Under the pieces are notes generated by a model that did no database searches, was not told the origin of the DNA, and saw nothing but the letters and a program-made list of their open reading frames with translations. A stretch of DNA of 64,000 nt, taken from the NCBI GenBank assembly GCA_951406725.2, contig OX597834.1, forward strand, positions 40,982,001 through 41,046,000, in the 5' to 3' direction. This stretch comes from Octopus vulgaris (lineage: Eukaryota). Below are positions 50,810 through 64,000 of the stretch, one piece after another (positions within the stretch are counted from its first letter, which is position 1; the number at the start of each line of letters is the position of its first letter). The translations under genes and the position numbers were made by a program.

Positions 50810-51645
50810 ACTTTCTCACTTTCCTGCGCACCAAACAACATTGGTGCCATTAACATTCTGCTAGAACTGTTGCAAGAAAAACACATGCAGGTCGGAAATT
50901 CAAGACAGCCAATGTTCTTCAGAGGAAAGACAGTCTAGTGCTTAATGGGGAAACTTGGTGACTAAGTCTGAGAAGAACAATATGGGCAAGGAGAGGAGAA
51001 GAGATGAGGAAGTAGGAAGTGCCTGAGTAGAGATGTCAAGAGATCAACCAGTTCTTATGAGCAGAAACTGCTGTTGTTGCAGAAGAATATGTAGAGAAAG
51101 GCGAGAGAGCGCATGTAAAATGTCCATTATTCTCAAGTGATTCCTTTTAAAGCCATAAATTATGCTTCTCTTTTAAAATAAGCAAATGTGTTTTCCCAAG
51201 ATAAAATAAGCCGGATGCTCAGAGTACACAAAACTAAAGTAAAAATTGCTCCTTATCTACCCAGAAGGGTGTTAACCCACATCTGAAAACAGCTACTTGA
51301 CTAAGTGGAATTCCCTGAAACTAATAGTAACATAGATTTACAAGTGTTCTATATTTTGCATGTGTGCATGTCTGTGTGTCACCTGATCCACCAGACTATC
51401 AGATGTTATACATCACTGGTGACAATGCACTCTGCATCATGAAGCCACCCCACTGGCTAGGTCAGCAGGCCAACATTCCCCCAATCTGAAGACTAGTCCA
51501 TTGCAGGGTTACCCCCTTTACAGCCGAGTGGGCTGGAGCAATGTGAAATGAAGTGTTTTGCTCAAGAACACAATGCGTTGCTTGGTCTAGGAATTAAACC
51601 TTTAGGTTGTGAGTGCAATACCCTCACAACTAGACCATGCACCTT

Positions 51646-52053
51646 CATCATCATCATCATCTTCATCGTTTAACGTCCGCTTTCCATGCTAGCATGGGTT
51701 GGACGGTTTGACTGTGGGCTGGTGAACCAGATGGCTGCACCAGGCTCCAGTCTTGATCTGGCAGAGTTTCTACAGCTGGATGCCCTTCCTAACGCCGACC
51801 ACTCCGAGAGTGTAGTGGGTGCTTTTACATGCCACCAGTACGGGGGCCAGTCAGGCGGTACTGGCAACGACCTCGCTCAAATTTTTTTTTTTTTTACACA
51901 TGCCAATGGCACAGATGCCAGTAAGGCAATGCTGGTAATGATCCCGCTCGAATGGTGCCTCCTACATGCCACTGGCACGGAAGCCAGTTGGTTGCTCTGG
52001 CAACGATCACGCTCAGATGGTGCTCTTAGCACCCTACTAGCATGGGGCACATG
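51646..52053 (-). mobile_element. Long family-C copy
   Basis: Diagnostic motifs plus several internal repeat units. Confidence 0.85.
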
Positions 52054-52659
52054 TAAATAAGATGTATATACATGTATATATACACACACAAATAAATAGA
52101 TACATAGATGTATTAAGTATAGGGCATGGCCATACGGTTAAGAAATTTGCTTTCCAACCACGTTTTGGGGTTCAGTCCCACAGTGCAGTACCTTGCACCT
52201 GCTACTATAACTCCAGTCTGAGCAAAGCTTTATGAATGAATTCAGTAGAGAGAAACTGAAAGCTCACAGAATGCAGGGGTCTACAAAAGTGGCTTGCTAC
52301 AAGCATAATTGTTGTTCTCACTTCTCTTGTTGACAAATTGTCCACACTTTCAAAGCCATGTGAAATAAGGGACCCCTTAATTGGAAAATAAGCAAAGGTT
52401 AGTGACAGAAAAGGTATTTGAGTGAGAAAAAGCAATGTCTCACTAAATGAATGTCTAACCCATGACAACATTGAAAAATAGACATAAAAACAAATGAATA
52501 AGAACTTGCAGAAGATGTAAAATGGGTAGCTTGATTTTAAGAGGCTGAACCCCACAAATGAAGGGACGACGAACCACAACAAATGGCAATATGCAGTGCT
52601 ACAGAAGACTTATATAACACATACAAGCATAAAAAAACTGACATAAAATAATAATGCTG

Positions 52660-53047
52660 ATCGTTACCAGCTTTGCCTCACTGGCACTTGTGCCCCATGC
52701 TAGTAGGGTGCTAAGAGCACCATCTGAGCCTGATTGTTGCCAGAGTGGCTAACTGGCTTCCGTGCGGGATCGTACCAGCATCGCCTTAGAGGCACCTGTG
52801 CCGTTGGCATGTGTAAAAAATTTGAGCGAGGTCGTTGCCAGTACCGCCTGATTGGACCCCATGCAGATGGCACGTAAAAGCACCCACTACACTCTTGGAG
52901 TTGTTGGAGTTAGGAAGGGCATCCAGCTGTAGAAACTCTGCCAGATCAAAACTGGAGCCTGGTGCAGCCATCTGGTTCACCAGCCCACAGTCAAGCCGTC
53001 CAACCCATGCTAGCATGGAAAGCAGACGTTAAACAATGATGATGATG
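52660..53047 (+). mobile_element. Long family-C copy, inverted relative to 51646-52053
   Basis: Reverse-complement match over most of its length. Confidence 0.85.
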
Positions 53048-53507
53048 CTGATACCAGCTGATATGACAGGCTAATTTTACCTATAAATATTCCCTTGCCA
53101 TTCTTATTAACAAATAACTGTGCGTGTGTTATCTGTGTGTATCTGCATGTTCCCTCACACTCTCAGACACACTGACACACATAAAAATAATAGTGTATTA
53201 TAAAGAACTAGACATCTATTTCATGTCAATTATTTCTGCTTGGTTAGCAGCAATAATGTTGTCTCACTGAAATAAAAACAGAAGAATGTGTTTGCAACAC
53301 ACACACACACACACGTTCTGGCAGTGTTGTGTTGCAGTTTGGCTAATAAACAATGTACAAGTTTATATAGATAGAGAAATATAAATAAATAAATAGATAA
53401 ATAAATATAAATAAAGTGTGTGCGCGCACGCGTGTGTGCATGTATTTGTTTTTCTTTCTAAAGTGAGATTTCAATTCATTGTAACTCAGTTTTGAATTTC
53501 TGAACAA

Positions 53508-53563
<56 letters not shown>

Positions 53564-56534
53564 CTTATTTCTTTTCCTGTTTTCAAAGTGGTGACTCCAA
53601 TCCATTGTTATTAAGTTTTGTGTTTGTGAAAAACTATATATGTGTGTGTATTAGAAAGGAGAGGTGGGGAATGGGCAAATATACAAAGGAAAGTCACACA
53701 CAAAGAGAGTGTGTGTATGTATGTGAGTCTAAGTTTGGAGACTAAGAGGTGACATTACCATCAGCAATGACATTAAAACTCCTTTCATAAATACATCATC
53801 AATTAATCCTAAAAATACAAATACAAGAATTCTTCCAGTTAGTCTCCTTTATATTTCTGACATTGGTACAAAGTTGCACACAAGTTTGTCACGGCAGAAG
53901 GAAATAATAATTCCACTAAACTGAACCTACCGCCATTTATTGTATGCATTCCCGATGAAAGTTTGTTGGAGAAAAGAAAATCAACCATGAAAATAATTGC
54001 ATATGGTATTTTCTAACTTTGCTACAAGGCCATGAATTTGGGGGAAGGAGACGACCATTGATTTATGGGTAAAATTTGGTAAACAGAAGCTGCGTATGAG
54101 TGTGTTTTGCCACGTTCATATTAAGACCATTTAAAGAAAAATAGGGAAGATTGTTTGCATCACCTGCAAAGAAGATGCCGGCAGCTCAGTAGTGTCAGCC
54201 GTTTCAATGTGCAAAGACAATTTCTCACAAAATAAAAATTTATTTTATACTCTTTTACATGTTTCAGTCATTTGACTGTGGCCATGCTGGAGCACCGCCT
54301 TTATGTTGAAGATCTTTGACACAAGATTACAGATTGTAAGCAATGGTTGTGATTGACCAAATAAAATACAAGTATGACTGGTACTTATTTGTTTCACTTC
54401 CCAAAGGGATGAAAAATGCTCAATGTTGTTTATGACAACATAAACAACTGCTTTGTATAATGAGACCTCTATTATTATTATTTTTTTCTTTCTATGATTC
54501 ATTCAGAGAAGGAAGGGCAACACCAATGACCTTCAAAATTGATGAAGAGGAAATGAAACAAGAAACTTCCATTAAAGGTCAGACAGGGCATTAAACTGAG
54601 CACAAAAAGAAGTGTCCATCTAATGGGTTTCCAACCTTCTAGCCACATGGTTTTCAACTACTCAATTTCACTCAAAAGGACTGGGTCAATCTAAAACTAA
54701 AGCAGAAGACATCTGTCCAAAGTTCTATACATTGAGATCAAACCGGAAAGCATGTAGTTGTAAAGCAAAATTCTTAACCACAGCACCATGCCTCTACCCA
54801 ACTCTTCAGCAACAAACTATTGAATATTCAGATATATTTATTCTACTCCATGTGAGTGTGTGTTTATAGCAGTGGTGGTTTTAGTTCATATTCTATTTCT
54901 CTTCATCTCTGAGCCGCTTGATCAGCAAAAGCCAACATCACATTCAATTTTGCCACATCTTGCCTCTGTCTCTTACATTCGTTTTCTCTGCGGCATATTT
55001 CTCCCGATTCCCAGAAATCTTCATCAAGTCACATCATATAGCCATGCCACTGTTATCATCTCCCCAACACACATTACCTGATGTAGACAATACCAACCAT
55101 TGTCCTATCACTAGCATTTTGGCTTACATGCAAGCTGATACGGCACATCTAAACGAGCACGCTGAACACATTTCTATCTGACTTAGATATTTAATACCTT
55201 TCTTTCACTATCATATAACACTACACACTTATATTCCATATAGTCTACCTCCTGTAGTCCTCATAGATTTCCCATATTCAATTTTTCATATATCACTGTC
55301 ATGTAACATCACAATATTTACAAGACAACTATTTTGTCAAGTAATATTTCCTAGAACCTCTCTTTAACACCCGAATAACTTGACAAACAAAAATCCATTA
55401 GATAATATAATCCCCTTCTTATATAAAAGACAAGACGGTTATGGCTTGAACACTGGTGCTTCTTTCCGTAGGTCTACTTGGCCAGCGTTATCCTGTAGCC
55501 AAACAACAACAAATGTCAACATATATATTCTAGTCAACTGTTAGATTCAAGTTAGCTGGTGCCCACCCCATATTTCTATTACTCTTTTTCTTAACAGGTT
55601 ATACATCTATCCATCTGCTTGCTTAACACTTGCAATGAGACCCAATTACCAGATTATGAAAGCAGCAGCAGCAGCACCTACAACTGCAGACTCTCTCTTC
55701 TTTTCTTTCCTTCCTATGCACAAGTCATATTATATATAACTGTGTATAATTTAAACAAAACAGAAAAACTAGGTTAGGCACCATCAAATCTATTAATAAA
55801 GAATGCTCATTTAGCAAGTTCTCTCTTCTATACACACACCAGTGAAAACACTTTCCTGGGTGTTGGAGGGCAGCTGTGAAAATACTACGAAGAATATGAA
55901 AACTTTAGAGAGAAATTGCTCAAGACAAATTTTCAACCACCATTCATAGATACTGGAGAAGACTAGAATGTGTGAAAGTTTGGAAGTGTGGGTGTATATA
56001 TATATATATTGCATGCAGATATAGAATTTCATACAACTGTAGCCAGAGGGATTAAATGTTATGTGGGTGAAGTGCATATATTCCAGTAAGTGCACATGAA
56101 GGGGGACGTATGTGTGTATATGTGTATGCAGGGCATATGTATATACATGTAGGCACGGATGTGTGTGTATGTGAATATATATATATATATATATATGGAG
56201 AGAGAGAGAGAGAGAGAAAGAGAGTAAGCCATTCAAATTTCCCTTTAACATTTAAATCATATACAGAACTTTTTGTAATTTATTTTATTACAAAACTGTT
56301 TGCAAATGTTTTTAACACTAAATTTCCCATTACATTGTAAATATCTTTAGAAAAGAGGAAAAAAATATCTATTTTCGTAAAACCATGCTACATATGTAAT
56401 AAAAAGACATACATACACAAATATATACATACACACGCATAAAGACTTTGTGTGTGTGTGTGTGTGTGTGTGTGCGCGGCAAGAAGCCTGCTACCCAACA
56501 GCATGGTCCCAGTGTGACACGTTGGGCAAGGGTC

Positions 56535-57248
56535 TTCTAAAGAAAAATTTCTGCCAGGATCAGATGGTAAACACACAGAACAACCATTGGCTTGCCATGT
56601 CCCCAAAATATGTACGGAGAGTGATAAAAATCAAACATCCAGTCAACTTCATGGTATTTGGAGTGATCACTAGTGACGGTGACCTTATGCCTCCATTCAT
56701 CTTCCTACATGGCCTCAGACTCAACACAGAAGCCTACATCAAATGCCGGGAGGAAGTAGTGCTGCCCTGGGTCAAGAGGGTGGCTGCTGGAACACCCTGT
56801 GTCTTCTGCACCATGCCACACAGGATTCTGCCCCATACCACACAAGCAGGAGAACCCAGTTATGGCTGTCCATCAATTTCTGTGACCCCATCACCCCTAA
56901 CATCTGGTCACCTAACTCCCTAGACTGCAAACCCCTTGATTATTATGTGTCGATTGCAGTTGAACAAAAGACCAACAAAACTCCTTGCAACACCAAAGAT
57001 GAACTGAGGGCAGGGGTTTTTGGCAACACTCACCAACGTAAATAAGGAGACCATCCAGAAGAAGTGCAGGAGATTCCGAAGTCGTCTGGAGAATGTGGTT
57101 GAAGCCAATGGCAATTTTATTGAATAAATTTACTCTTTAGTATTTCAACATAATTTTATGTAATTTTGGTAAATATTTGTTAAAATGAGAAGTCAGTGTT
57201 ATTTTAATTTTTGTGTAATTTAGATGGCAGTTTATTCACTGCACCCTG
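56535..57248 (+). mobile_element. Decayed maT-type (DD37D) Tc1/mariner transposon, 3' half
   Basis: KHPVNFMVFGVITSDG...QDSAPYH...WSPNSLDCKPLDYY with 37 residues between the two catalytic D; C-terminus VVEANGNFIE*; ends GCACCCTG followed by TA. Confidence 0.85.
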
Positions 57249-57315
57249 TATGTGTGTATATATATATATATATAAACTTACTTGGAGGATAAGAAGCGAC
57301 GTGAGGCGCTCAGTC

Positions 57316-57497
57316 ATATAATAACAATTTAACAAATAAAACATATACATACATACATATATGTACATACCTACATCTATATGTATATATACATGCATAT
57401 ATATATATATATATGCATGTATATATACATATAGATGTAGGTATGTACATATATGTATGTATGCATGCATATGTTTTATTTGTTAAATTGTTATTAT

Positions 57498-57542
<45 letters not shown>

Positions 57543-57684
57543 ATATATGCACACATAAGTATTCATATATATATATATATATACATGCATATATATATAT
57601 ATATGCATGTATATATACATATAGATGTAGGTATGTACATATATGTATGTATGCATGCATATGTTTTATTTGTTAAATTGTTAT

Positions 57685-57734
<50 letters not shown>

Positions 57735-57756
57735 ATATATGCACACATAAGTATTC

Positions 57757-57787
<31 letters not shown>

Positions 57788-57790
57788 TGT
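57316..57790. repeat. AT-rich ~184-bp quasi-palindrome plus a ~190-bp tandem duplication
   Basis: 57316-57400 is the reverse complement of about 57413-57499, and 57413-57600 is repeated at about 57603-57790. Confidence 0.85.
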
Positions 57791-59474
57791 ATATATATAT
57801 ATATATATATTGTACATTCCAATATACTCTGGAAATATTGATTCCCCGGGAGTTTCAACTGGTGTGTATGACTTTCTCATTTAAAATAAAACATCTACAT
57901 ACATTCGATTAATAGAGTGTGCAGATGTGCTTCACGAGGACACAGCTCAGATTATAAACCCCTGCTATACACAATGAGTGTGTGTGTGTGTGTGTATAAA
58001 TAAATTGCATAGCGCAACATATAAAAATTGCAGAGTGCAATAACAAGCACCATATAGATATAAAACATCCAGGAATATAATCATTTTAACAAAAACAGGT
58101 AGGGGAAGTGACAATAATGGGGATGGTGGTGGTGGTGAGGGAAAGAGGAGGAGGAGGAGGATTTCAACTCCACTCCATCCCTAAATTAGCAAACCTATAA
58201 TCCAATCTGCACATCATAGTATACACCTATGATCAAAGACATTCCAACTGCAACGCATTTTGATATCTGGATTTACAATATTTAATATTTCTTAATGTTT
58301 TTTTTTGTTTTTTTTTTTTCCCTTTTTCAAGACCATAATATATGCATGCGATTTGAGGGTGATTTTGCTGTTATAACTATTAGGTAAAGCAACGATGTTG
58401 AGGCTCCTTTTCGGCTCTGTACGGCAATAACGATGATGAACGTGCTGATTATGATAGTGTGGCATGGAAAGAAAAACTGCATTCTTGAAATTCCTCCTCT
58501 CGCTGAGGGAACAAACGGACACAATGTCTAGGGTGAAATTTTATTCTCAAAATCAATAGACAATTCAGGTTTCCCACTTGTAAATCGAAGTCTATTTTTA
58601 TACGATGATAAGTCACAGCTAACAAGTTCCCTCCGATTTAGAATAGGTTTGCATAATTTAGGGGAGAAGTGTTTTGTTTATTGTTTATTCTAATTCCTCC
58701 GCTCTTCGCTCGCTCTTCGTTCCACTGCTCCTGCTCCTCCTCCTCCTCCCTGTGACTTCTCTGTAAGCGACCAGCTGACATCACTTCTAAGTCAGGTGCA
58801 CAAAGAGAGAAAGAGAAAGACAGGGGGAGAGAGAGAGAGAGATAAAGGAGAGCAGAGAAGTAGTGCTCGTAACATGGTGTGCGTGTGCTTGCCTGTTTCT
58901 TTCGTTTCATATCATTATCGCTTTTTTTTTTTTTCTTTTAATATCAGAAAATAAAAGGAGAGGGAGAAAGAGAGAAAGGGAGACAAGATAGGAAAAAGAA
59001 AAAAAAAAATTAAATACCCATAAAGATGGTGGAGTCGAAAGGATGAGGGTTGTGGAGCTTGGAAGTGAAAATTATACAAAACGTCATGTGCCACCAACAC
59101 TACCGAATTATCAGATACATAAACATACCTGCACACACCACGTAAATGCATAGCTATGCACATATATACACAAACACACACAGATGTATGCACAAATATT
59201 TACAAACACATACATGTATGCACATATATTCATAAATACATGCACACATATATGCAGATATGCATATATAAATATATCAATATATACACATCCATGATAT
59301 ATATATATATATATATACACATACACACACACACATGCATATAAATCCAAATATATACATAAATATAAATCCATATAATCATTATCAATATATACACATC
59401 CATGACATATATATATATACACTCACATGCATATAAATACAGATATATACATAAATATAAACCCATATAATCAT

Positions 59475-59920
59475 CATTATTTTAATGTGCGATTCTTTAT
59501 GCTTTTATGGATCGAACAGAATTTGGTTGAGGCAGATTTCCTGCAGCTGAGCACCATTCCTGTTGCAACCCTCACCTGTTTCCAAGCAAAGTAATATTTA
59601 CCCGTGGCCAGACATTTTTCAGAGAAAACTGGAAAAGTGAACAACATCGCTTGTATGACAGTGATGCACATTTACAACCATCACGTCATGATGAGGGACA
59701 CACACACACACATACACCTATATACACACACATACATATATATATATATACACACACACACATATACACAGTGGGTTTCTTTTATTTTTCCATCACCCAA
59801 AGTCACAAAGCCATGGCCAGCCTGGAGCTGTAGAAGACACTAGACCAAGATGGTGCACGTTGTGACTGAACCCAGAACCACATGGTTGGGAAGCAAATTT
59901 TTAATCACATGGTCATGCCT
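59475..59920 (-). mobile_element. Chimeric SINE: SINE-B head and CORE-like region with an RTE-type 3' half (similar copy at 60670-61085; tail-only copies at 6590-6770, 38690-38910, 62950-63180)
   Basis: B-type head, microsatellite, then GGAAACAGGTGAGGGTTG..ACAGGAA..GC...AAATCTGCCTCAAC and a (GAT)n tail. Confidence 0.7.
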
Positions 59921-59945
59921 TCACTGATGTGTGTGTGTCTGTATG

Positions 59946-59981
<36 letters not shown>

Positions 59982-61227
59982 TATGTATGTATATATGTGA
60001 TGTGTATATATATATACAAATAAATATATATGTGCATGTGTGTGCTCATACATCTAAATATACATATATATACATACATACACACACAAATACATGTGTG
60101 TGTATAGATATATATGCACACACACAAACAAATAAATAAATATATGCATAGGATTAATACATATACAAAGAAACATGTATGCTTCTATGCATACACGCAA
60201 CAGGAGTAGTGTGTTCGTATGTGTGAGTGTGTATGTATGTGTGTGTATTCAAACATGGAAGCACGTGCATGTAGAGTTCTTTCCTATGAATTAATACAAG
60301 GGAGATGGCAAAAGTGAGGGAAGTAGGAAGAGGTAGGATAGAAAGAGAGAACCTCTAGAGCAATGCAAATTAGACCATCAGCAAGATACAAGTCAAAAGT
60401 ATCTAACACAAGGTGTCCGGGTGGATAAAACAATACACAGCCACTGACACCAATAAACAGGGTATCTTTGTCACAAAGACCAAAGACAACAAAACCCGCC
60501 CACCCTGTTTAGTTCCATTTATTCTACACTGATTCAAAATAGTAGCCTTATTTTGCATACACCAGAAGCATGTTTTGCCATTAACTGCTGCTATTAACTC
60601 ATCCTTCGTTCTCACTGGAAGTTTACACATTAGAAGCTTAGATTCACAACTGTTCTTGTCTATAGTTCATCCTCATTTTAACATTCACTTGTCCATGCTT
60701 GCATGGATGCGGTAGAATTTGTGAAGGCAGATTTTGCATAGCAAGATGCTCTTCCTGTTACCAACCTTCATACTGCATCCAAGTAAGATAATATTTTCCC
60801 ATGGCCCCAAAGGGCACTGCTTGTATAATTGTGATGCCTATTTATAACTACTGTGTGACATCAAAATAAGGAGACACAAACATAGACACACCCCCACATA
60901 TACACAGACTCATAACTATACATACAAAATGGGCTTCTTTCAGTTTCTGTCTACCAAATCCATTCACAAGGCTTTGATCAGCTCAGGGCTATGGTAAGAC
61001 ACTTGCCTGAGGGGGCTAAGCTATGGGACTGAACTGAAAACCGCACAGTAGAGAAGCACACTCCTTAAATACATAGTTATGACTGCACCTCTCTCTCTCC
61101 CTCTTTAGGTAGTTTACATAAATGAAATGAAAATGAGCAAAAAGAAATAACTCAGTGACCTGTAACATACACTTGAACAACAAAGGCAAATAGGCAAATA
61201 ATAGATGACGAAATAACATACAACATA

Positions 61228-61592
61228 CAGATTTTCCAGGGCCGCCAAGAGCGCACCGGACACCACCCGAGACACAGCGCTCTACAGGCACCATATCCGT
61301 ATCACTGGACGAGCCGATTCCACAGACGGGGTCCTTTACGAAGAAGAGAGAACTCTTCCTGGGGCTCCCGGCAACATCTCTGGGCTCGCTTGCTTTGCCG
61401 CTGCTTCGCCCGGCTGCCGGCTTCGACGACGGACGCGCTGCTAGAAGTACACCGCATTCCTGCCACCGGACAGGTACTCTCCAAGTTTGGGTTCGGGAAT
61501 ATTAACCCGATTCCCTTTCGATGCGAGGCCGGCCACATACGTACATGTTCGACGGATACGGCACCTTTCATGGAAGCTTTCGCCCACTTCTT
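61228..61592 (-). rRNA. Dispersed 28S rRNA fragment (pseudogene, D7 region)
   Basis: Minus strand has the conserved TCGAAAGGGAATCGGGTTAATATTCCCGAACC, GGGAGCCCCAGGAAGAGTTCTCTCTTCT and TCCGGTGCGCTCTTGGCGGCCCTGGAAAATC blocks. No flanking rDNA. Confidence 0.92.
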
Positions 61593-62330
61593 GGTGTATG
61601 CTACACTCAGCACTTATGGAGTGTGAGTCTGAATTTTTCACTGTGAATATTTGTGTATGTAGTTTCTTGGATCATAATGAGTATCTATCTATCTATCTAC
61701 TTACCTCTTTACCTTTCTATTTATGTATCAAAATCAACCTTCACCACAAATATTAATACTATCTATCAAAGCCAACAGAAAACCCCAATACAACCACTGC
61801 TATTACCAGCCCACCAACTCCTTAATAACCAATAACATTGATATGAACAAGATGAGCAACTCCATCTAAAATAAGACAATCAGATATTTGGTACCACTAT
61901 CAGTAGTATCCCAACTTCACTGTCACGACAACCATCAACACTAAAACCAATATAACCAACTCCAACACACCAAATTTTGAATAAAAACAAGAAAAGAATC
62001 AGCATGATAGCAATGGCTGTAGCTACATATGTTGTAGGTCAACAAAGCAGTGTATGAGTATGTCTGCGTGTATATGAGTAGAGTGTGATGTTTTTATGTA
62101 GATCGGAAAGGTTTAACAAGTGTTTGAATTTGCATAACATAAAAATGACTGTTGAAGCTGCCAGTGCTAATACAGAAAGTACTACTAATCATCCTGAGCA
62201 CCTGACAAACAAGCAAAAAGGATTACCGAAGGGGGCTACACATCGAAGCAAGTATACAATGCTGATGAAATTGCACTTTTCTATAAGTGTATAACTGCTG
62301 GAACTTTTATATCAAGAGAAGAACATTAAA

Positions 62331-62456
62331 CAGCTGTAGAAACTCTGCCAGATCAAGATTGGAGCCTGGTGCAGCCATCTGGTTCGCCAGCCCTCAGTCA
62401 AACCGTCCAACCCATGCTAGCATGGAAAGAGGATGTTAAACAGTGATGATGATGAT
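62331..62456 (+). mobile_element. Family-C 3' fragment
   Basis: CAGCTGTAGAAACTCTGCCAGATC through to (GAT)n. Confidence 0.8.
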
Positions 62457-63214
62457 TACAAAGAGAGTTTACAATGGGCTCAGATTCTACACTGAGCTGT
62501 ACAAAGAGATGATGCATCATAAACAAAGAGCTTTGGATAAGTTCTTCACTCTTTGAATAAATTTTTGATGATGAAGAAGATAGCAGAATAGTCTCTCTCA
62601 TTCTCTCAGTAACCTTCATTGACTATTGCAATTTCTCACACAGTAGTCAACATCTTTTGTGATAAGAAAGTCCACTGTTACAACACTACAATTCTTATAC
62701 ATTCCCTAACATATTCCTCTTCAAATGTTTTTATGAATAAATATTGTACTGCTTGTGGTTGGAAATTATTCCCAAACATAAAAGTGTTGTTTGTTTTGTT
62801 ATTGTTGGGGGTTGAATGCATTATCATTTCATAACGTGAAAATCAATAGGAAAATTTATTTCACATTAAGGGCAAGATTTCCAGGAACACATTACTCCTG
62901 TAATGTGGAGGATTGCACACAGTATATAGATGAATATTTAAAAACACATTATCATCGTTTTAATGCCCACTTTTCCATACTCATATATGCATCAGATGGA
63001 ATTTATTGAGGCAGATTTTTAATGGCCTGACATCCTTCCTGTTGCAACCCTTCACCTCTCTCCAAGTAGGGCAAAATTTTCCATGACCAGACGTATTTTC
63101 ACAGAAAACTGAAAACAAAGAACACTGTTCTGCTTGCACAATGGTGACACAACTATCAAGTGATGTCAAGGCAAGATAAAAGTACATCTATATATATATA
63201 TATATATATATGTA

Positions 63215-63388
63215 TATAAAATACAAAATGGGACAAGAACGCAAAACATCCAAATAGACGATCCAAAAAACACGGATGGGTCATTCGAAGCCTTTAATCT
63301 TCAGTCAAGAACCAGATCATCCTCGCAATTTCGGCTGATTAATCTTGAGATTGCTCCAATCTGACCAGCCCCAAGGAAAAACTAAGCT
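63215..63388. mobile_element. Unclassified repeat fragment embedded in (TA)n, possibly a PLE terminal repeat
   Basis: CpG-containing block with sharp TA-tract borders. The classification is an inference. Confidence 0.35.
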
Positions 63389-63619
63389 ACATACATATAT
63401 AAGCATACATATATATATATACATACATATATAAACATAAATATATATGCATATATATATTATATATACAAAGACAAATATATATACATGAATATACATA
63501 CATACATACATACATATATATATGTATACATACATATACATATATATAAACATACATACTTATATATACATATATATGTATACATATATATATTATAGAT
63601 GTAAATATATATACATATA

Positions 63620-63662
<43 letters not shown>

Positions 63663-63673
63663 AACATTTATAT

Positions 63674-64000
63674 ATACTGCTCTCAACTATGGTCACCCTA
63701 CATTGTAGGATTTATAGAACTTGAGGATGTTCAACGATACTCTACGAGGAAGACTGCATGATTGGAACGGCTGAGCTACTGGGAGAGACTGAAAGAGCTA
63801 CGACTCTACTCTCCGGAGCGGAGAGGGGACAGGTACTCAGCGATATATCTATGGAAGATACTGGAGGAGCTGGTACCAAATTTTGTAATTGAGAGTTATA
63901 CCAGACCTCAAAATAGACATCACTGTTTCAAAAGTCCCAGCTTTCTCAGGTAGGGTGAGGACCATGTGCTGCATTAGCTTATGACTCAAGGGCCCACAGC
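63674..64000 (+). pseudogene. Decayed CR1-like LINE ORF2 (post-RT region)
   Basis: YCSQLWSP...ELEDVQRYSTRK...LSYWERLKELRLYSPERRGDRY..IYLWKIL matches the CR1-type YC..VWSP...LE.VQRRAT...LSY.ERL..L.L.SL..RR.R motif. Confidence 0.8.

Noticed and set aside
61228-61592. Functional rDNA unit or R2 target site
   Set aside because: Only a short internal fragment with substitutions is present, and the R2 target sequence is not included.
63240-63388. Hammerhead- or HDV-like fold (GGCTGGT/ATCAGCC stem followed by GAAA on minus; a CTGAAGA nearby)
   Set aside because: No CUGANGA-type core precedes the stem, the CTGAAGA lacks a stem II and GAAA, and HDV P1/P3 pairings could not be built.
664-63953. ORFs of the six-frame track as host genes
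   Set aside because: They translate SINEs (recurrent RQASFSFRLPNPLTR and MLAWVGRF peptides), microsatellites (YIYI, CVCV, LSIY) or decayed transposon ORFs. None resembles a host protein.

Overview
AT-rich, repeat-saturated eukaryotic DNA, most likely intronic or intergenic sequence from an octopus (coleoid cephalopod). That assignment is inferred from the SINE repertoire, the (TA)n/(CA)n/(GATA)n microsatellite density and the 28S fragment. I found no intact host protein-coding gene; almost every ORF in the track comes from SINEs, microsatellites or decayed transposon ORFs. The window holds several tRNA-headed SINE families with interchangeable modules, many 3' ends of an RTE-clade LINE, CR1-like and R4/Dong-like fragments, mariner, maT, Tigger-like and piggyBac-like DNA elements, non-autonomous Helitrons, a 28S rRNA fragment, a tRNA-Glu pseudogene and an interstitial TTAGGG array. 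The main signal is a set of minimal type I hammerhead-ribozyme (HHR) folds of the kind associated with Penelope-like elements (PLEs). They have a canonical core (50774-50809), an A6-variant core (21647-21684) and a core with the C3-G8 tertiary pair swapped to G3-C8 (6008-6058), the last inside a 184-bp insert flanked by a target-site duplication (TSD). Different families carry different palindromic stem III sequences. All folds were read by eye, family labels (SINE-A, -B, -D, -F, family C) are mine, and boundaries of diverged repeats are approximate.
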